64,000 nt of DNA, taken from positions 13,882,083 to 13,946,082 of the forward strand of contig JAUZTB010000048.1 of NCBI GenBank assembly GCA_034780895.1. The letters are read 5' to 3'. Within the stretch, counting starts at the first letter, position 1. Every line of letters starts with the position of its first letter. Shown here in pieces: positions 1 through 13,887 of this stretch. The translations under genes and the position numbers were made by a program. The notes below the pieces were generated by a model. It was not told the DNA's origin. It ran no database searches and saw nothing but the letters and a program-made list of their open reading frames with translations. This DNA is from Rhynchobatus australiae (taxonomy: Eukaryota).

Positions 1-1010
1 AACATCCCAACTCCTGTACTCAGTGCCCTGATTTATGAAGGCCAATGTGCCAAAAGCTCTCTTTATGACCCTATCTACCCGCAATGCCACTTTCAAGGAA
101 TTATGCATCCCAGGCCCATTGTTCTACTGCACACCTTAGTGCCCAACCATTCACTGTGTACATTTTATCTTGGTTTGTCCTCCAAAGTGCATCACCTCAC
201 ACTTGTCTGCATTAAATTCCATCTGCCATTGTTCAGCCCATTTTCTCAGCTGGTCAAGATCACACTGCAAGCTTTGATAGCCTTCTTCACTGCGCATTAT
301 GTCCCCAATCTTGATGTCACCTGTAAATTTGCTGATCCAGTTTACCACCTTATCATCTAAATCACTAATATAGATGATAAACAACAATGAACACAGCACC
401 GATCCCTAGTCACAGGCCTCCAATCAGAGAGACAGCCATCTACTACCACTCTCTAGCTTCTCCCACTTAGCCAATGTTGAATCCAATTGAGTACTTCATC
501 CTGAACGCCAAGTGGCTTAACCTCCTAGGGCAGGCTCCCATGTGGGACTTTGTCAAAGGCCTTGCTAAAGTCCATATAGACAACACCCACCACCTTCCCT
601 TCATCAACCTTCCTGGTGACCTCCTTGAAAAACTCTATTAGATTGGTTAGACATGACCTACCACATACAAAGCCATGTTGACTATCCTTAATCAGGCCCT
701 GTCTATCCAAATACTTACCTATCCTGTCCCTCAGAATAGCTTCCAATGATCTACCTTCGACTGACACCAGGCTCATCGGCCTATGATTTCCTGGCTTATT
801 CTTAGAGCTTTTCTTAATCAACAGAACAACCTTAGCTATCCTCCAGCTCTTCGGCACCCCATCCATGGCTAAGGACGTTTTAAATGTCTCTGCCAGGTCC
901 CCTGTAATTTCTGCACTAGCCTCCCACAAGGTCCAAGAGGACACCTCATCAGGCCATGGGGATTTATCCACCCTAATTCCCCTCAAGACAGCAAGGACCT
1001 CCTCTTCCGT
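1..1010 (-). mobile_element. CR1 (HER1-like) LINE, reverse transcriptase region, degenerate
   Basis: Minus-strand ORFs 525-986 (KPGNHRPMSLVS, DSQHGF, GRSCLTNLIEFF, VYMDFSKAFDKVPH) and 151-399 (LFIIYISDL, KFTGD for FADD, WQMEFNADKCEVMHFG) are typical CR1 RT; continues off the left edge. Confidence 0.95.
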
Positions 1011-1044
1011 AATCCGGTATAGCCCATGACCTCACTATCCCTAG

Positions 1045-1420
1045 CCCTCTGGATCGCGAATTCCAAAGATTCACCAACTTCAACATGTAGAAGTTTCTTC
1101 TCATCTCAGTCCTGAGTGGCTGATCTCTTATTCTGAGATCATCAACACTCTAGCCAGGTGAAGCATCATTACTGCATCTGCACTTTCAAGCTCTGAAAGA
1201 ATTTTGGATGTTTCAATGAAATCACCTCTCATTCTCATGAACTCTAGGGAGTATAGGTTCAGCCTGTTTCATCTCACTTCTTAGGAAATTCTCCCATCCC
1301 AGGATCAATCTGGTGAACCTTTCTTGCCCTCCGTCTTTCACAAGAATAGGCTTCCTCAGGTAGGGACTCAAAACTTGCACACCATATTCCATGTGCGGTC
1401 TCACCAGCACCTGATACTTC
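1045..1420 (-). mobile_element. CR1 LINE 3' ORF2 fragment
   Basis: LVRPHMEYGVQVLSPYLRK...QERFTRLILG matches the CR1 ORF2 C-terminus. Confidence 0.85.
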
Positions 1421-3339
1421 AGGTATTTGTGCTTACTGCACACAAGTTGCCTTGCACATCCCCATGGTATAACCAGTGGTTACCATTAAAATTACTTCAT
1501 TGGCTGATTAGCACTTTAGGACAGTTATGGAAGTTATGTAAGTGCTATATAAAAACAATTCTTCCTTCTCTGTATCAAACAAAACTGTCAAAGCCTCAAA
1601 AGTGTGAATCATTTCACATTTAATTCGAGCACGGTCAAATTGGCATTAATTTTTCAATATTGGCCATACAACACAGTCAGCTAATTTATTGCCCCATTAG
1701 TACTGACATTCCAATTACTATTTTTAAATATACCTTCAACCCAGTGACCAAAGCATCCACCTATTTCTAGTTCTGCTTCAGAATAAAATCAATGTGCATT
1801 CTCCAGCCAGCTTTATCAGCAGGACAGCAGACCAAGCTCCAAAAAGGTATCTACTAAATTATTTATGAGGGGCCCTTCTCTAGTGGCCCTGGAAAACTAA
1901 TCTGTTTTGGTACCATCTTGGTCTTAATCCACACTGCCTATTTCCACCCCCAATACTCTTCCACCAATGTGAGCCTCACAGCTCAAAGAATTAATGTGCT
2001 ACCTGCCAGCCTGATCATTGGGCCACCCATTATGGCAGTTGGCCTAAATCTACTGAAAGAAATTGGGAGACTCGTTTGACCTCAACAAATTGCTGGTTCC
2101 ATTTATGAGGTTCTGGCCTTCTATATGACATGTTCAGGTGAGAAAAGTGTGCCAGCTATATGCTGGTTAATTTACTTCTGAAAAATACATTAAGTTGTTA
2201 CTGCATTCCTCACTTCCACAACATTTTTTTACATAAATAATATTTGCTTCATGTCTAAATTATACAACTCGACAGCAACCAACTAAAGGAAACTGTTTTA
2301 AATGCACTTTCATGTTTTCTATGAAAATAGTTATAATTTGGTCAAACTATTTCAAATATGTCCTTTTGCACTTGGGTAAGAGAAATAAGGTGAACACGCC
2401 TTCCGCCATGCGACCATGAAGAGATTCTTTCCACCACCACAAGAATCTGCCCTTTGACTTTTCTGCTCCTTTTAATGAGACTGAGGTACAAGCCAGCTTC
2501 CCAGTCTCCTTTTGAATTACAGGCAGACTTCAAAATAGGGGGAGAAGATGCGCTTTCAAAGAACTCATGAAAGAATTTACATGCTGTTAGCCTGTCACTT
2601 TTCCTCCATTACAGCCAATGGATAGAAAATCATGAGTCGCATGTCCATGATTTCCCAGTACTACCTCCCACTCGCACAATCAGCCCTTATGTTTCATTTA
2701 GTCTCCATGGTGACCTGATGATCCTGACCCTATATCATAGAACACTGGAATTGTGACAACAAACAGTCATCTTATTGCATTGGAACCCATCTATATATCA
2801 GAAGGTAATCGCCATGCTCCAACAGGATTTCACATAAATATTTATTGATCATTCCTTTCTGTCGTCCTTGGTTACATGTTGAAGTTATTAATATTCCATT
2901 AAAACATTTAATTTAAACAAGACCTACACAGTTATTAAAATCTTGTCCATCCTCCACAGAATGAAGTCATACATCCACATGTAAGTTAATAATTCAGTTT
3001 TCATTTTCCCCACCCACTGAACATTTCCATTACTGTTTTGCAGGATTGGTTTTACCAAGGCCTGGCTGTCATTCTCAACCAAGTTTGCTTATTATTTTTA
3101 ACAACTGAACAAAAAGTTGCAAAAGTTGTAAATAGAAGGTTTCATCTTTCAATAAGGACTGTCTGACATGTTCATACCCATAATTAGACTTCTACAAAAA
3201 CTAACACACAGAGAGGAACAAAGTCTAAACCATCAATTTGGTGAGAATTTGCTATTTGCATGTTCGAATGTGTCCATGGTGTGGGAATAAAATGCAGTCA
3301 GTTCAAAAATATAAAGACATATGTACCAGTTTTAACACT

Positions 3340-3390
3340 GCTTCTTGACCTGCTGAGTGTGGCCAGAAATTTCTGTTTTCATTTTAGGTA
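3340..3390 (+). mobile_element. Penelope-like 3' tail fragment
   Basis: tgacctgctgagtgtggccagaaatttctgttttcatttt resembles the tail at 57365-57405 and 63888-63925. Confidence 0.55.
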
Positions 3391-4949
3391 TCAGTTTTAA
3401 TTATGAGCAATAGCTAAATAAGACTGGTGTTGAATTAGACACTCCTTGTCCTTGATATTCCTGCCTATTGAAGTCAGCATAACAAAATGCCAAACATTGT
3501 ACAAAAGTTGGAGGGAGGAGTCAGTGTGAGTTGATGTTGGAGCCGGGTGTTGGGGAATTGCAAAATAGATATTTACCTGTCTTTTTTTTTGTTAACAACA
3601 GTTTGTGGGCCATCCTTATGATGTCTGTGAAAGATTAATATAAGGCAAGAATTTCAAATCTGAGGTTCACAGAACTGCAGGGTTCCCTGTGTAACACAAG
3701 TCTGAAACTGGCATTGTTCATTTCTGTGTGGTATTCCCTCTTGATATGTTGCAAGACTTCACAGCTGTCACCATGTAGAGCAGTATGTGCAGTCTTTGCT
3801 CTTAAAGGGACATACCATGAAACAAGCAACCATCATAAAATCCTTCTCAAGACCCTTTTTATTTCATGAACACATTCAAGGGTGAGCTTAGGGGAACTGC
3901 ATCCAGTGGCTGTCTGTACTCTAGGGAAGCCAAAATCCCCCAGTGCCCATATACCACCTGCTCCTTACTGAAATCAATGTAAATGAAGTGCATCCTTCAT
4001 GAATACCTCACTTAAAGCACTCTGGTCTCCACACATTATTCAGAGGAGTTCCTACTGCAGGTGTTAACAATGGCCAGTAGCCGAATGATTTGACCTATGA
4101 TCAATGTTGAAGATGAGTATTGACTATTAAAGCCATTGCAGCTGAGGGTAATGGACAACATAATATATTGATCAGCATGGCACACAATGGACAGGGAGAT
4201 GCTTTCAAGCCTAAAATCCAAAGCCAATGAACTTCGTACACATTCAGACATGGAATTTCAAGTGCAGTTCATCTTAAGTAATTAAACCAGTTGACCATTC
4301 CAAGATACAGGGTATGCAGCAATGTCAAAACCAATGTGACTTCTGTCTGCACACTGCACATCCAATGTATCCTGCACTAGAATGTATTCAAACATTGTTT
4401 GTGTATTGGAAGTAGTTTATAACCAAATGAAATAAAATGATATATAAACAGAAAACCACAGCATTCTTTTATCAAGTTAAACACCCGAGTAGCATTTTTT
4501 TTTGACCACCTTGAACCTGGATGTTAATGCCTGAATATTATGGCTTTAATCTGGTTGTAAGAAGGCTACTTGCTTTCCTTGAGCCTGATCAGATTTCCTT
4601 GATGACCCAGTAGAAACTCTTGTTCTAGATGGGCTGGCTTCAAACTGCTGCCCAGGGCCCCTTAATGAAGCAGATCGGCGGTGGAGCTTGGATAAGGATG
4701 CCACCTGAGAGACCATAATGGGAGCTGACTCCCTGAGGGGGAAGATCAATGTTCTGAATCTGCACACCAGACAAACTCTCAGGGACTGGGTCGAGAGCTG
4801 TGCACTGATCCGTTAGCTGTCAAACGTCACTATTATCATTCTACTGCCATATCAGCACTCTACGCTCTGACTGAGCTTTCTTTCAATTTTGCATTAGGAT
4901 GAAGCTCCTCCTGTTTAAAGAGGTTGTTAATTACATGAAGATTAGTTGA

Positions 4950-5260
4950 TGTGAGATATCAACGGGTCATTTATATGATCAAGAAGGATGTCCTCCCTGA
5001 AATATGCCAGATGCTGAATCCATAGGATGCGCATATTTCGGAGATGACACTTGATGGCTGTCTTTATCCATGGTTATTTATGCTTCAGGCTTCTTTCAGG
5101 GTGGAGCTAAAGGTATATACAGCATTGCAAAGTTTTCTGCCCACTGTTGTATAAGGGAAATCTTTTCAGATAGAGCAAACTGCATTTCATTCTTTCTTTC
5201 CAGAGACTAGCAGAAATCTTGAGATTTGGAAGTACTGCTGATACTGGGACAAGAAAACAT
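4950..5260 (+). mobile_element. Harbinger/PIF transposase relic (N-terminal HTH region)
   Basis: IKKDVLPEICQMLNP and YASGFFQGGAKGIYSIAKFSAHCCIREI resemble HARBI1-family FYASGSFQ..GDI..ISQ..VH.CIREV. Confidence 0.7.
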
Positions 5261-6239
5261 TGAGAAGCCAGAGTTGGACGTTTATTTACAATGTTGCATC
5301 AGTAAATCTATTTGCATGTTGAGACTATAAACTATGGCTGCAAATTGAATGTCTGTGAAACCGTTTCATTGTTGAGAAGCAGCGCACCACATGACTCTGC
5401 TGTCCAATAAAGTCACAATATAAACACACACATAAATATATAGGGATCAACATTTTTCATTGCACTGGATAAATCTTGAGATAAATCAGTGTTCTCCAAG
5501 TATCAGGGGCCTAGGATAACAAGATAATTATGTGAGGATNNNNNNNNCCCCATCTCCACACTGCCTCCAATATTTGAATGTCTGGAGCATTGTACAGGTT
5601 AATTATGACAACCTTGTATGTTAATTAGTGAGAAAATAAACTTTATATGTTGGCCCCAAGCTGCATACATATGTAGAAATCTTGAGGACCCAAACTCCAC
5701 AATCCAATTACTGACCAATTTACTTTAAAGAATGTTAACAGGCACCATGAAGGAGATCCCATAAATTTCTATGTTTCTACACTCCAACTCAACATAAGGA
5801 AAAAAAATGAGCATGAATCTAGTGTACTGACCTCTGGACCCAAATTCTCAATTTGACAGGTTATCCCACTTGACACAGAAGATCAAGCACTTCTCTTATT
5901 TGGTATTGTGTCAAGAGATAACTTGTCAAAATTATCCCACAGACAATTAAGTGTAGTAGAATCCATATAAATAAAACAAAATCTAATTTGAATTTAAAGG
6001 CGGATGCCTGTGTATTTCCTTTTCCTCTACCATATATTTAAGCTTGAGGATTTTTGAGCTAAAACTTAACAGCATCTTAAGGTTACACAGATGTTGGATA
6101 AGTGGCCATCCACTACACCCCTTGTGAAACTTGTAAAAATCCATGTGGGACTACCTCCCTAACTGACTGCCTGGATGCATCCTCTGGTGACCTTCAGAGC
6201 TGACCCTGTCAAAATGATCAGAAGCAGTGGGAAAAAAGG

Positions 6240-6830
6240 ATTCCAGTAGCAAGCTTTTGGCATTCTGAGGACTTATCCGGGGAGCTCCTTCACTTGAGGT
6301 CGAAAATACTTGCTTAATATTGATGGATTCCTTCCCAAGAAAAGTAATTTTTTACTATTCGTTATTGTCCATGGGTGTTAGGACTTCATTGAAATTATAT
6401 TTTAGAAACTTCCCACCCACCACCTTCCCCCTCTCACCTGNNNNNNNNNNNNNNNNNNNNNNNNNNNNNNNNNNNNNNNNNNNNNNNNNNNNNNNNNNNN
6501 NNNNNNNNNNNNNNNNNNNNNNNNNNNNNNNNNNNNNNNNCCACCTTCCCCCCCCACCACCCCGGCCCTCTTCATCTCCAACATACGAGGGCTTCATCCC
6601 ATGTCAAATTACCTCGGGGAGATCCACATCCACCCATATTGTGAAGACTTAACTTGGTCTTGACAGATTTATACAAGTGTCCCTGCAAAAGATCATGTTA
6701 CAGGAGTTTCCAATAAAGAGAGATTCTTTGCCCAAATAACAATAGTTGTCTTGGAACAATTGAGATTCCACTCTGAGCTACCTCATGGCTGGGAACCTGC
6801 CAAACTTGTGGCCATTTCAATGGATATCTA
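6240..6830 (-). mobile_element. possible very degenerate Harbinger transposase
   Basis: Ordered weak motifs: LAG-FP, YVGDE, VLTPMDN (for LMTP..NP), IKQVF..LK.R..DKS; interrupted by a gap. Confidence 0.3.
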
Positions 6831-9339
6831 CAACTTACCACAGGGGGATAATGGCTAAGGAATTTTAAGAGATCAAATTTTTTGCCTGGTCTACCTTTCA
6901 CAACCAGTCAGTCATGCTATTGAAGTACAGCTGAAGGTTCTAAGATCTTGGAAAAGGTCTTTCTGTACATTGCTAACAGATTAAAGAAGTTATCTATCCC
7001 TTTAAACCTCCTCTCAAACAAATAAAATAAACAATTCTTAAGTGATGCTAACAGATATTCACATAAAATATACACACATCTACCACAAGAAATTATTTAA
7101 AACAAGAAGTCTCAGCCCTACAGAATTCCCTTGCATGCATTGCTTTTGGTTAAAATTTGAAGAACTAACATGCTGCTTTGCCATTATTGTTTCAAGACAC
7201 AGCTCTGTGAGTTTCCAATGAATTCAGGAAAGCTTGACATATTGTAAGAGAAGTAATATATCGTCTGTCATTTTAAAGAAAGCTTTTTATTGGAGAAACC
7301 AAAATGAAGGACCAAGTCACATCTTACAGGATATGATCTAGATTTACAAAAATTAAAATAATCAAGGCAAGTTTATCAGATGATACAGGCTTTAATTCTA
7401 AAAGTCTGGCCAATTTATGAGGAAGGAAGATCTCTGAGAACGTTTTAGGTTTGGGAGACTTACAGGAGATATGGTAGTGATGTGATTTTATAAAAACATA
7501 CAAAGACAAGTATAAATGTTTAGATCCACTGGGTTAAGTATTTATCCTGATGGCTGAAAGTAGCATTGAGCACACAAGTGGAATCACATTCATTCAGGGC
7601 CATGTTCATTTAAAGCAAGACTTCACTGAGTGTTCCTTGGAGTGAAACAGATGTGACATTAATGGAAAGAAAAGAACATTTGACTGCATGTTCTTAAGCC
7701 CCTGGTGTGTTTCACAAGAAAGGAAAGCTAGCTTTTTGATCACAACTGGTTATATATTTCATAAGTTGTTGTTTGGATTATAAACCATTTGACATCTTTT
7801 CAGTTTGAGTGTAGACCATGCACTCTATTTTCTACTATAATGTTGGTACTAAATGTTTTACATTAATAGTCAATCTTGTACCAATCATGAGTCATTTAAT
7901 TAATCATTGCTATTCAAGGTGGTCAGTTGAAATGATCAAGCAATCTCTTGACTTTATGAAATCAGTGCCACCATTTTCTTCAGTAGGATAACAATGATGG
8001 CAATGGTACTTTAAGAAAAGTAACTCTCTTTTATTGTTTATGGAAATATCGCCCTCATTTTTAAATAAGTACATTTCCTCATTGACCCTCCTACTTCCTT
8101 CTCGGGGACAAGGGACAATTAAGTTAAAAAGAATTATGGATTGACATCATCAGCAAAGATATGGTTCTACTAATACAAATACACAGACATGCCTTCATAA
8201 AATCCATTGCAACAGTAACTGATGATGCTAAAATAATTAAGTTAATGTCCTTTTTGAAATGATATTGGAAACTGTTATATATTTCAATAATCATTGTGTT
8301 GATGTGAAAAATAATAAAATAAGGATCATAATAGTCTTGATATACTGAGTAGTGCCTGATCAGGCTTTTATGTTGCTTCATATATTACTAAAATATGAGA
8401 GGCTTAATTATAATCCAAGATGAGTTGTTCATTACCTTCCATTAAACTAAAAGGTTTAGAGCTAGTTTTATAGTTTGCTGCCTAAGGCTGCATTATCACT
8501 ATGACAGTAGGGCAGGTGAAAGCAGTTTCACTTTGCTCTGAAACTAAAACTGTGCGACACCTCTGGACTCAGGCCTTAACTGGACTCCAAGATGAAGTGA
8601 CACTTCTGCAGAATGGAGTCTCAAAGATTAATTGGTCTGGACCCAAACCAAGTGGTCCTCAAATTAATGGCAATATATGATCAACACATGTATCAACAGT
8701 ATGAGTTATGAGTTACAGTATGAGTTATCAATTCTGACCCTGTCTATACAGAAAGTTTGGTGCCTGCCCAACTCACCTCCATTCCTTGATTTGGTCCGCT
8801 CACTGGATACTGATCCCATCACTTGCATATTCAGAGAGCCAAACTCCTCTTTAAAGTGCATATTAAATACATTAAAAAAAAGGAATTTGTGCAGTATTTG
8901 TAAAATCTTGTCTCATTATAAATATTGGAGTGTTTTATGCTGGATTATAAAATGGATGCACCATAACCAATCCTTAGCCCATTATTTATAACATTATAAA
9001 GATGTAAGCAATTCACAAGCCAACAGAGTATTTACCTGTAACCCATAAACATATCCACTGGCTGTCATAAATCACTGCAATACTTTTCCTCAAAAAGCAC
9101 CTCATTTCATATGGAACCATGGGTTGACATCCGTTTCCCCAGTTCCAATTACTGCCTAATGCTTTTGTTTCTGATGTGTATTGACCCTCTGCTCACTGAA
9201 CCCACTCATTCCCTCATGGGCAGCTCTTTCTTGTACTTATTTCAAACATAGATCCATGTCCAACTTTTTAATCAGAAGAATCTGACATGCAGTTAGCATT
9301 CTATTGTGGAGGTTCTTAGAATGTGGATGACTTTTACAA

Positions 9340-11190
9340 AGGTGGTTTATTCAAGGATTACAAGAATCAAATTAATACAGTACTACAATATTGCATGATA
9401 CACACTATTCACAGTTTCAAATTCTAACACGATCTTCACTTTCCAGAACGCACTCGAGCCACTGTGGTGCCCATCAGTCCCAGAAATCCACCATTGTACC
9501 CGGGGAGACCGTGTGCTCCTTCTTGATGGATGCACGGGCACAGATGTAACCCCAGAAGAGGGGCAGGCAGTCAGCTCAGGCAGAACCCACAACTGCCCAC
9601 CGCCCAGACCTGTGAATGACCACCTTGGCCAGGCCCAGGAGCAAACCGACCAGGAGATCCCCCAACTGACCCACCCCGCTTCACACTGGGTGACCAAAGA
9701 TCAGAAGGGTGGAGCTGAAGTGCAGCCAAAACTTGAGGAGCAGCCCCTTCAGATATTCAACTAGGGGCTGCAACCTCTCACATTCCATATATACATGATA
9801 CACTGTCTCCTCCTGGCAGCTGGAGGGGTCTGTAAATTGATTTAAGAATCTGTCCTATGGTACTGCTCCATGCAACACTTTCCATCCCAGGTCCCCAATG
9901 TAAAGGGGGAGTACTCCTGCAGAAAGAAACCTCCACTGGGGACCTCCCTCATTGCCAGATGGTAAAACAGACCGCCATGGCGTATCCGGACGGCAGATGA
10001 GGGTGAGGAAGTGTACAGTGGGTGGGAGCAGCCTGTACAAGAACCGTCTCTGCACATCGCGAAACAGCACAGTGGGTACCTCTGCAAGGTGGTTCATGTT
10101 GTGTGGGACTGGCTCCTGAGAAAGGTTTCGGGCCTTGGATCCAATGAGTAACTCCGGCTGAGCAGAGGTTAGCATAGTCGGGATCACTCCACACCCCCCA
10201 ACCCCCCTCACAACCACTGCAACAGGATGGGGACTGGCTGCTCTCACAACCAAAACACCACTCACTGCTGGCAGAGGAGCACTCTGACTGGAGGCAACCA
10301 AGTCCCAGTCTCATAACAGCTCGCAACAAAAATTGTGCACTTCCCACAGAGTGGCACGGCTGATGTTTGCCGCTGAGAGCCACATGTCCTCCTGAAGACA
10401 ACGGCCCTGGCAGAAAAATTATGTCGCCAACGCATGCTATCTTGGAGGGTGCTCAGTGTACAGGTGTCTCTGCAGGGTCCTGAGGCAGAGAGCTGCCAGC
10501 TGGGTATGTATGTACACCAGTGACTGATCGCCCTCCTCAATTGGGAGACTCAGGACTGCAGCAGAGACCCAGTGTTCCCTGTTGCCCCAGAAAATTTCCA
10601 ACTTCCTCTAGGTCATGGTGACAAAGACAGCAGGCAGGACCAAAGTGACCACTGGTACCACAATATAGAGGCCACCAGTTGGTTTATGACCAGCGCTCTG
10701 CCCCGGTAAGAGATCATTCTAAGTCATCCTGACATCACCATAGCTGGGCGATGACTTTCATCTCTAAGTCCTGCCATTTCTTCGGCCAGGTTTCCTCAGT
10801 GGAACTCAGGTAGACACCCAGATAGAGGAGGTGCGTGGTGTTTCACAAAAGTGGTCTCAGCTCCTCCACCAGAAGACCAGAACACTTGTTCCAGTTGACC
10901 CTGGCAGGGGACACAGCCGAGAAGAGCTGATGGGACTTGCGCATCCTCTGCAGGTCAACAGGGTCAGTGACCATGAGGAGGACATCATCGGCATAAGCCA
11001 AGAGGACCATCTCCATGTCTGGCTCACGCAAAACCAGACCTGTCAACCTCTTCAGAAGACACAGGAATGGCTCCATGCAGATAGAATACAACTGCCCAGA
11101 CATGGGACACCCTGACACAACCCCTCCCGAAATGAAAGGGCATTGTCAAGGACCCATTGACTTTCACCAGGCACTCCGAATATGGATGAC
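9340..11190 (-). mobile_element. Tx1/L1-clade LINE, 5'-truncated (RT plus zf-RVT C-terminus)
   Basis: ORF 10843-11118 GCPMSGQLYSICMEPFL...AYADDV...SPARVNWNKCSGL; downstream GDLGWKVLHGAVP; minus-strand AATAAA at about 9346-9351. Confidence 0.92.
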
Positions 11191-11217
11191 ATTGATATGT
11201 ACAAACACCCTGATGAC

Positions 11218-11330
11218 ATTCCCTTCATCAGAGCTAGGAAAGACAGAAATAAAAATAAGTTAGTTTTAATATACAGGGAGGGTGAGGGAGGGATGGATAG
11301 GACAAAGGGAATGTCTCTGATAGGGTTGCA
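11218..11330 (-). mobile_element. Penelope-like 3' fragment with truncated hammerhead (CTGATGAAGGG)
   Basis: cccttcatcagagctaggaaag...gggatggataggacaaagggaatgtctctgatagg resembles 42937-43030. Confidence 0.6.
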
Positions 11331-11334
11331 GATT

Positions 11335-11800
11335 TTACTAGTCGTCCTACTCTGCTGCCAGGTTCTAATGTGTCAAGTCCTGTTGACTGCTGTTCAGGTA
11401 ACATTTTCGAAGCTGATATACACAGTTAAGCAGCAATATAGTGGGGTACTCCAGCCTGTATTCATCAATGCATCTCACAGCCTTAATCAGCTGGGGATGT
11501 ACACCTCCAGCTCATGCATGGTGTTGAGGAATCCACACCTTGATGGTCCNNNNNNNNNNNNNNNNNNNNNNNNNNNNNNNNNNNNNNNNNNNNNNNNNNN
11601 NNNNNNNNNNNNNNNNNNNNNNNNNNNNNNNNNNNNNNNNNNNNNNNNNGCATGGTGTTGACGAATCCACACCTTGATGGTCCATTTTCATGTTAGGAGT
11701 TCATCTTGGTAAGGAATACATTCGCTGTCTTCATGTTGATACATTTTGCTTGCCCAAATCTTGACTACTGCTGCTGAAGTTTGCAAAGCCAATGTTTAAA
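11335..11800 (-). mobile_element. possible Harbinger transposase relic
   Basis: CGFLNTMHELEVYIP (for CGFPNV.GAIDGTHIP), EYPTILL and PGSRV occur in the expected order. Confidence 0.35.
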
Positions 11801-13704
11801 GGGACCCAGTGTATGGAGTTACTGCTTGTGTTTAAAGTACTGAAAGCACACATCTCAGCAGCAAGGAACACAGATAAACATCAGTTGAGCTAGCACCACC
11901 TATTACTTCATCAATCTTAGAGAAATAACTCCAATCCCCAGTGGGATCTACCTGTCTAGCTCCTATCAATGAGCCATACTGGCTGGTCTGTCATCGGCAG
12001 TGCTCCAGAGTGCTGCACTAAGTGTTGGTTCTGCTCCATTCTTCCATCACCAAGTTGGTCATTGTGGAACCAACTTTGTTCCAAAGATAATAGGATCTGA
12101 CTGATCCAACCAAAAGAAGATTGCCACTAATTGTTTGTTGGTGAATAGACAAGGGTAATCTTGATTCTTCATTTGTGGTATGGCAAGTTCCACAACTCAC
12201 CATTATCCTGGTGACTACATCATATTAAATTAACAGTGATCCTATCAATTAAAAATGCTAAGGTTCAAAAGCAACATCTTGGCTCCTTATATCCAGCTCA
12301 TAGCATTGAGTCCTGATTAAGGCATCAAATTATTTTTAAATGAGCACAAGGTTTCATACAAAGGCTTCAGTGAAACTATCCTTCAAAGCAGTATTTCCTC
12401 AATGTTTAACGAATGCTAAAGCTTTCCAATTATAATACCAAAAATGAGGTTCACTCAATGACAGTTTCTCATTTCAGCTTTTTTTTAAACTTTTCATTCA
12501 AGTGATGTGGGATGAGCCAGCTCTTCAAATGAAAGCTTTTGCAAACAGGTGAAGAACCTCGAAGCTGACTTTCTCCAAGGTGTGGAGCAAAAGCTGGTGT
12601 ACGATATTGCTCTTTATCACTGCAATGGTTCGACTTTTGCCATCAATTCTACACTACATTTAATCCAATCCAGCTACATACACCTGGGGGTTAAAATTTC
12701 AAAATAAAAACAGCTATCTTTATTTAATTTTCTACACTTGAGTCAGTCTTGACCAATTATGCATAAAACTATTATACGGATAATTACCACATTTTTCTTG
12801 GATTACAAGCCTTATTTCTAATGATGGTGAATCATTAGAGACCATTCTTTATTGCCACATAATAGTGGATTCTTCTATTTGTCTGCCAGTTTGCAAGGAA
12901 GGATTTAGGAAATCTAGCTTACTGTATTCATTATAAGAACTAACCAATAGATTCCCTTCAGGCCTCACTGACGGCAGCCACCTTCAGAGACTACACTCAT
13001 GTTCCACTGGATTAACCATGATGAGGGCAACATTTGCAACATAACTGCATTTTCCTCACATCCATGATCACTGGAGGCAGTGTTAGTGGAGGCCTCCATA
13101 AAATATGCTGGAGCTTGATTATCCTGAGCTGAAATATCATTTTTGAAGGCAATAGAAACTTGGTAGATATCTTTATTAGTATGAACCTTCATTATTTTTG
13201 TGATTACATTATTTTATTTTGAGTTTTAATTTTGTGTTTTTCTGATGGTGCCTTCCAAATGTATGTAAAATAACTCCAGGAACTTTAAATATTTTTTATT
13301 TTATATACAATTTTCCATTGAAAACTAGGCCTTGGGTATCACTGGGGTCTTCCTCAGTTCTATTTGGGAAAAGAAGAAATGAAGTATTAGGGCTCAGCAT
13401 TGGCACTGCGTAGATTTAGGATATTGCCCCTAGCCTCTGCAGCTCATGACTATATCCACAGATACTTGTAAACAACTTCACTTTGACCCATGGCAATGTT
13501 TCAAAAGGTTGTACTTCCCTCGTGAAGCAATAACTGAGTTGTAACAGCTGGAAGATAATTACATTCAAATCTCATATCTATGATCTAAGCCCATTGCCAA
13601 ATGACTCCCACCTGTCCAGTGCAATTTTGGCATCNNNNNNNNNNNNNNNNNNNTTTGTAGTTCAATCTATCTCTCTTTTTCAAATTATTATTCCTCTAAT
13701 AATT

Positions 13705-13792
13705 TAAAATAGAAAATGTTGAGAATATACAGCAGGTCAAGCAGCATCTGAGGAGAGCTAACATTTGCTTTGGGTCAATGTTCTTTCATCAA
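13705..13792 (-). mobile_element. Penelope-like tail with decayed hammerhead
   Basis: cagcaggtcaagcagcatctgaggagag...tttgggtcaatgttctttcatcaa. Confidence 0.75.
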
Positions 13793-13887
13793 CAATTAAC
13801 CACTCTTCCATAATGCCCCATACCTTTGCATATGTATCTCCTCAGTACTGGAAAAATTTAACTGTCAACATTCATATTGGAAAAGTA

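Noticed and set aside
2342-2610. Open minus-strand frame of about 87 codons
   Set aside because: No recognisable protein family or splice boundaries
4036-4251. Harbinger-like SISLSIVCHADQYIML on the minus strand
   Set aside because: A single weak motif, insufficient to call
6650-6800. Gypsy integrase zinc-finger-like reading (FCR.TC..CQ) on the minus strand
   Set aside because: Needs several frameshifts; a weak Harbinger reading fits at least as well
8501-8680. 59-codon ATG ORF (MTVGQVKAV...)
   Set aside because: No recognisable homology or supporting signals
9300-9345. Target-specific Tx1 insertion into U2, tRNA or 5S genes
   Set aside because: Flanks of both Tx1 copies show no recognisable snRNA, tRNA or rRNA sequence
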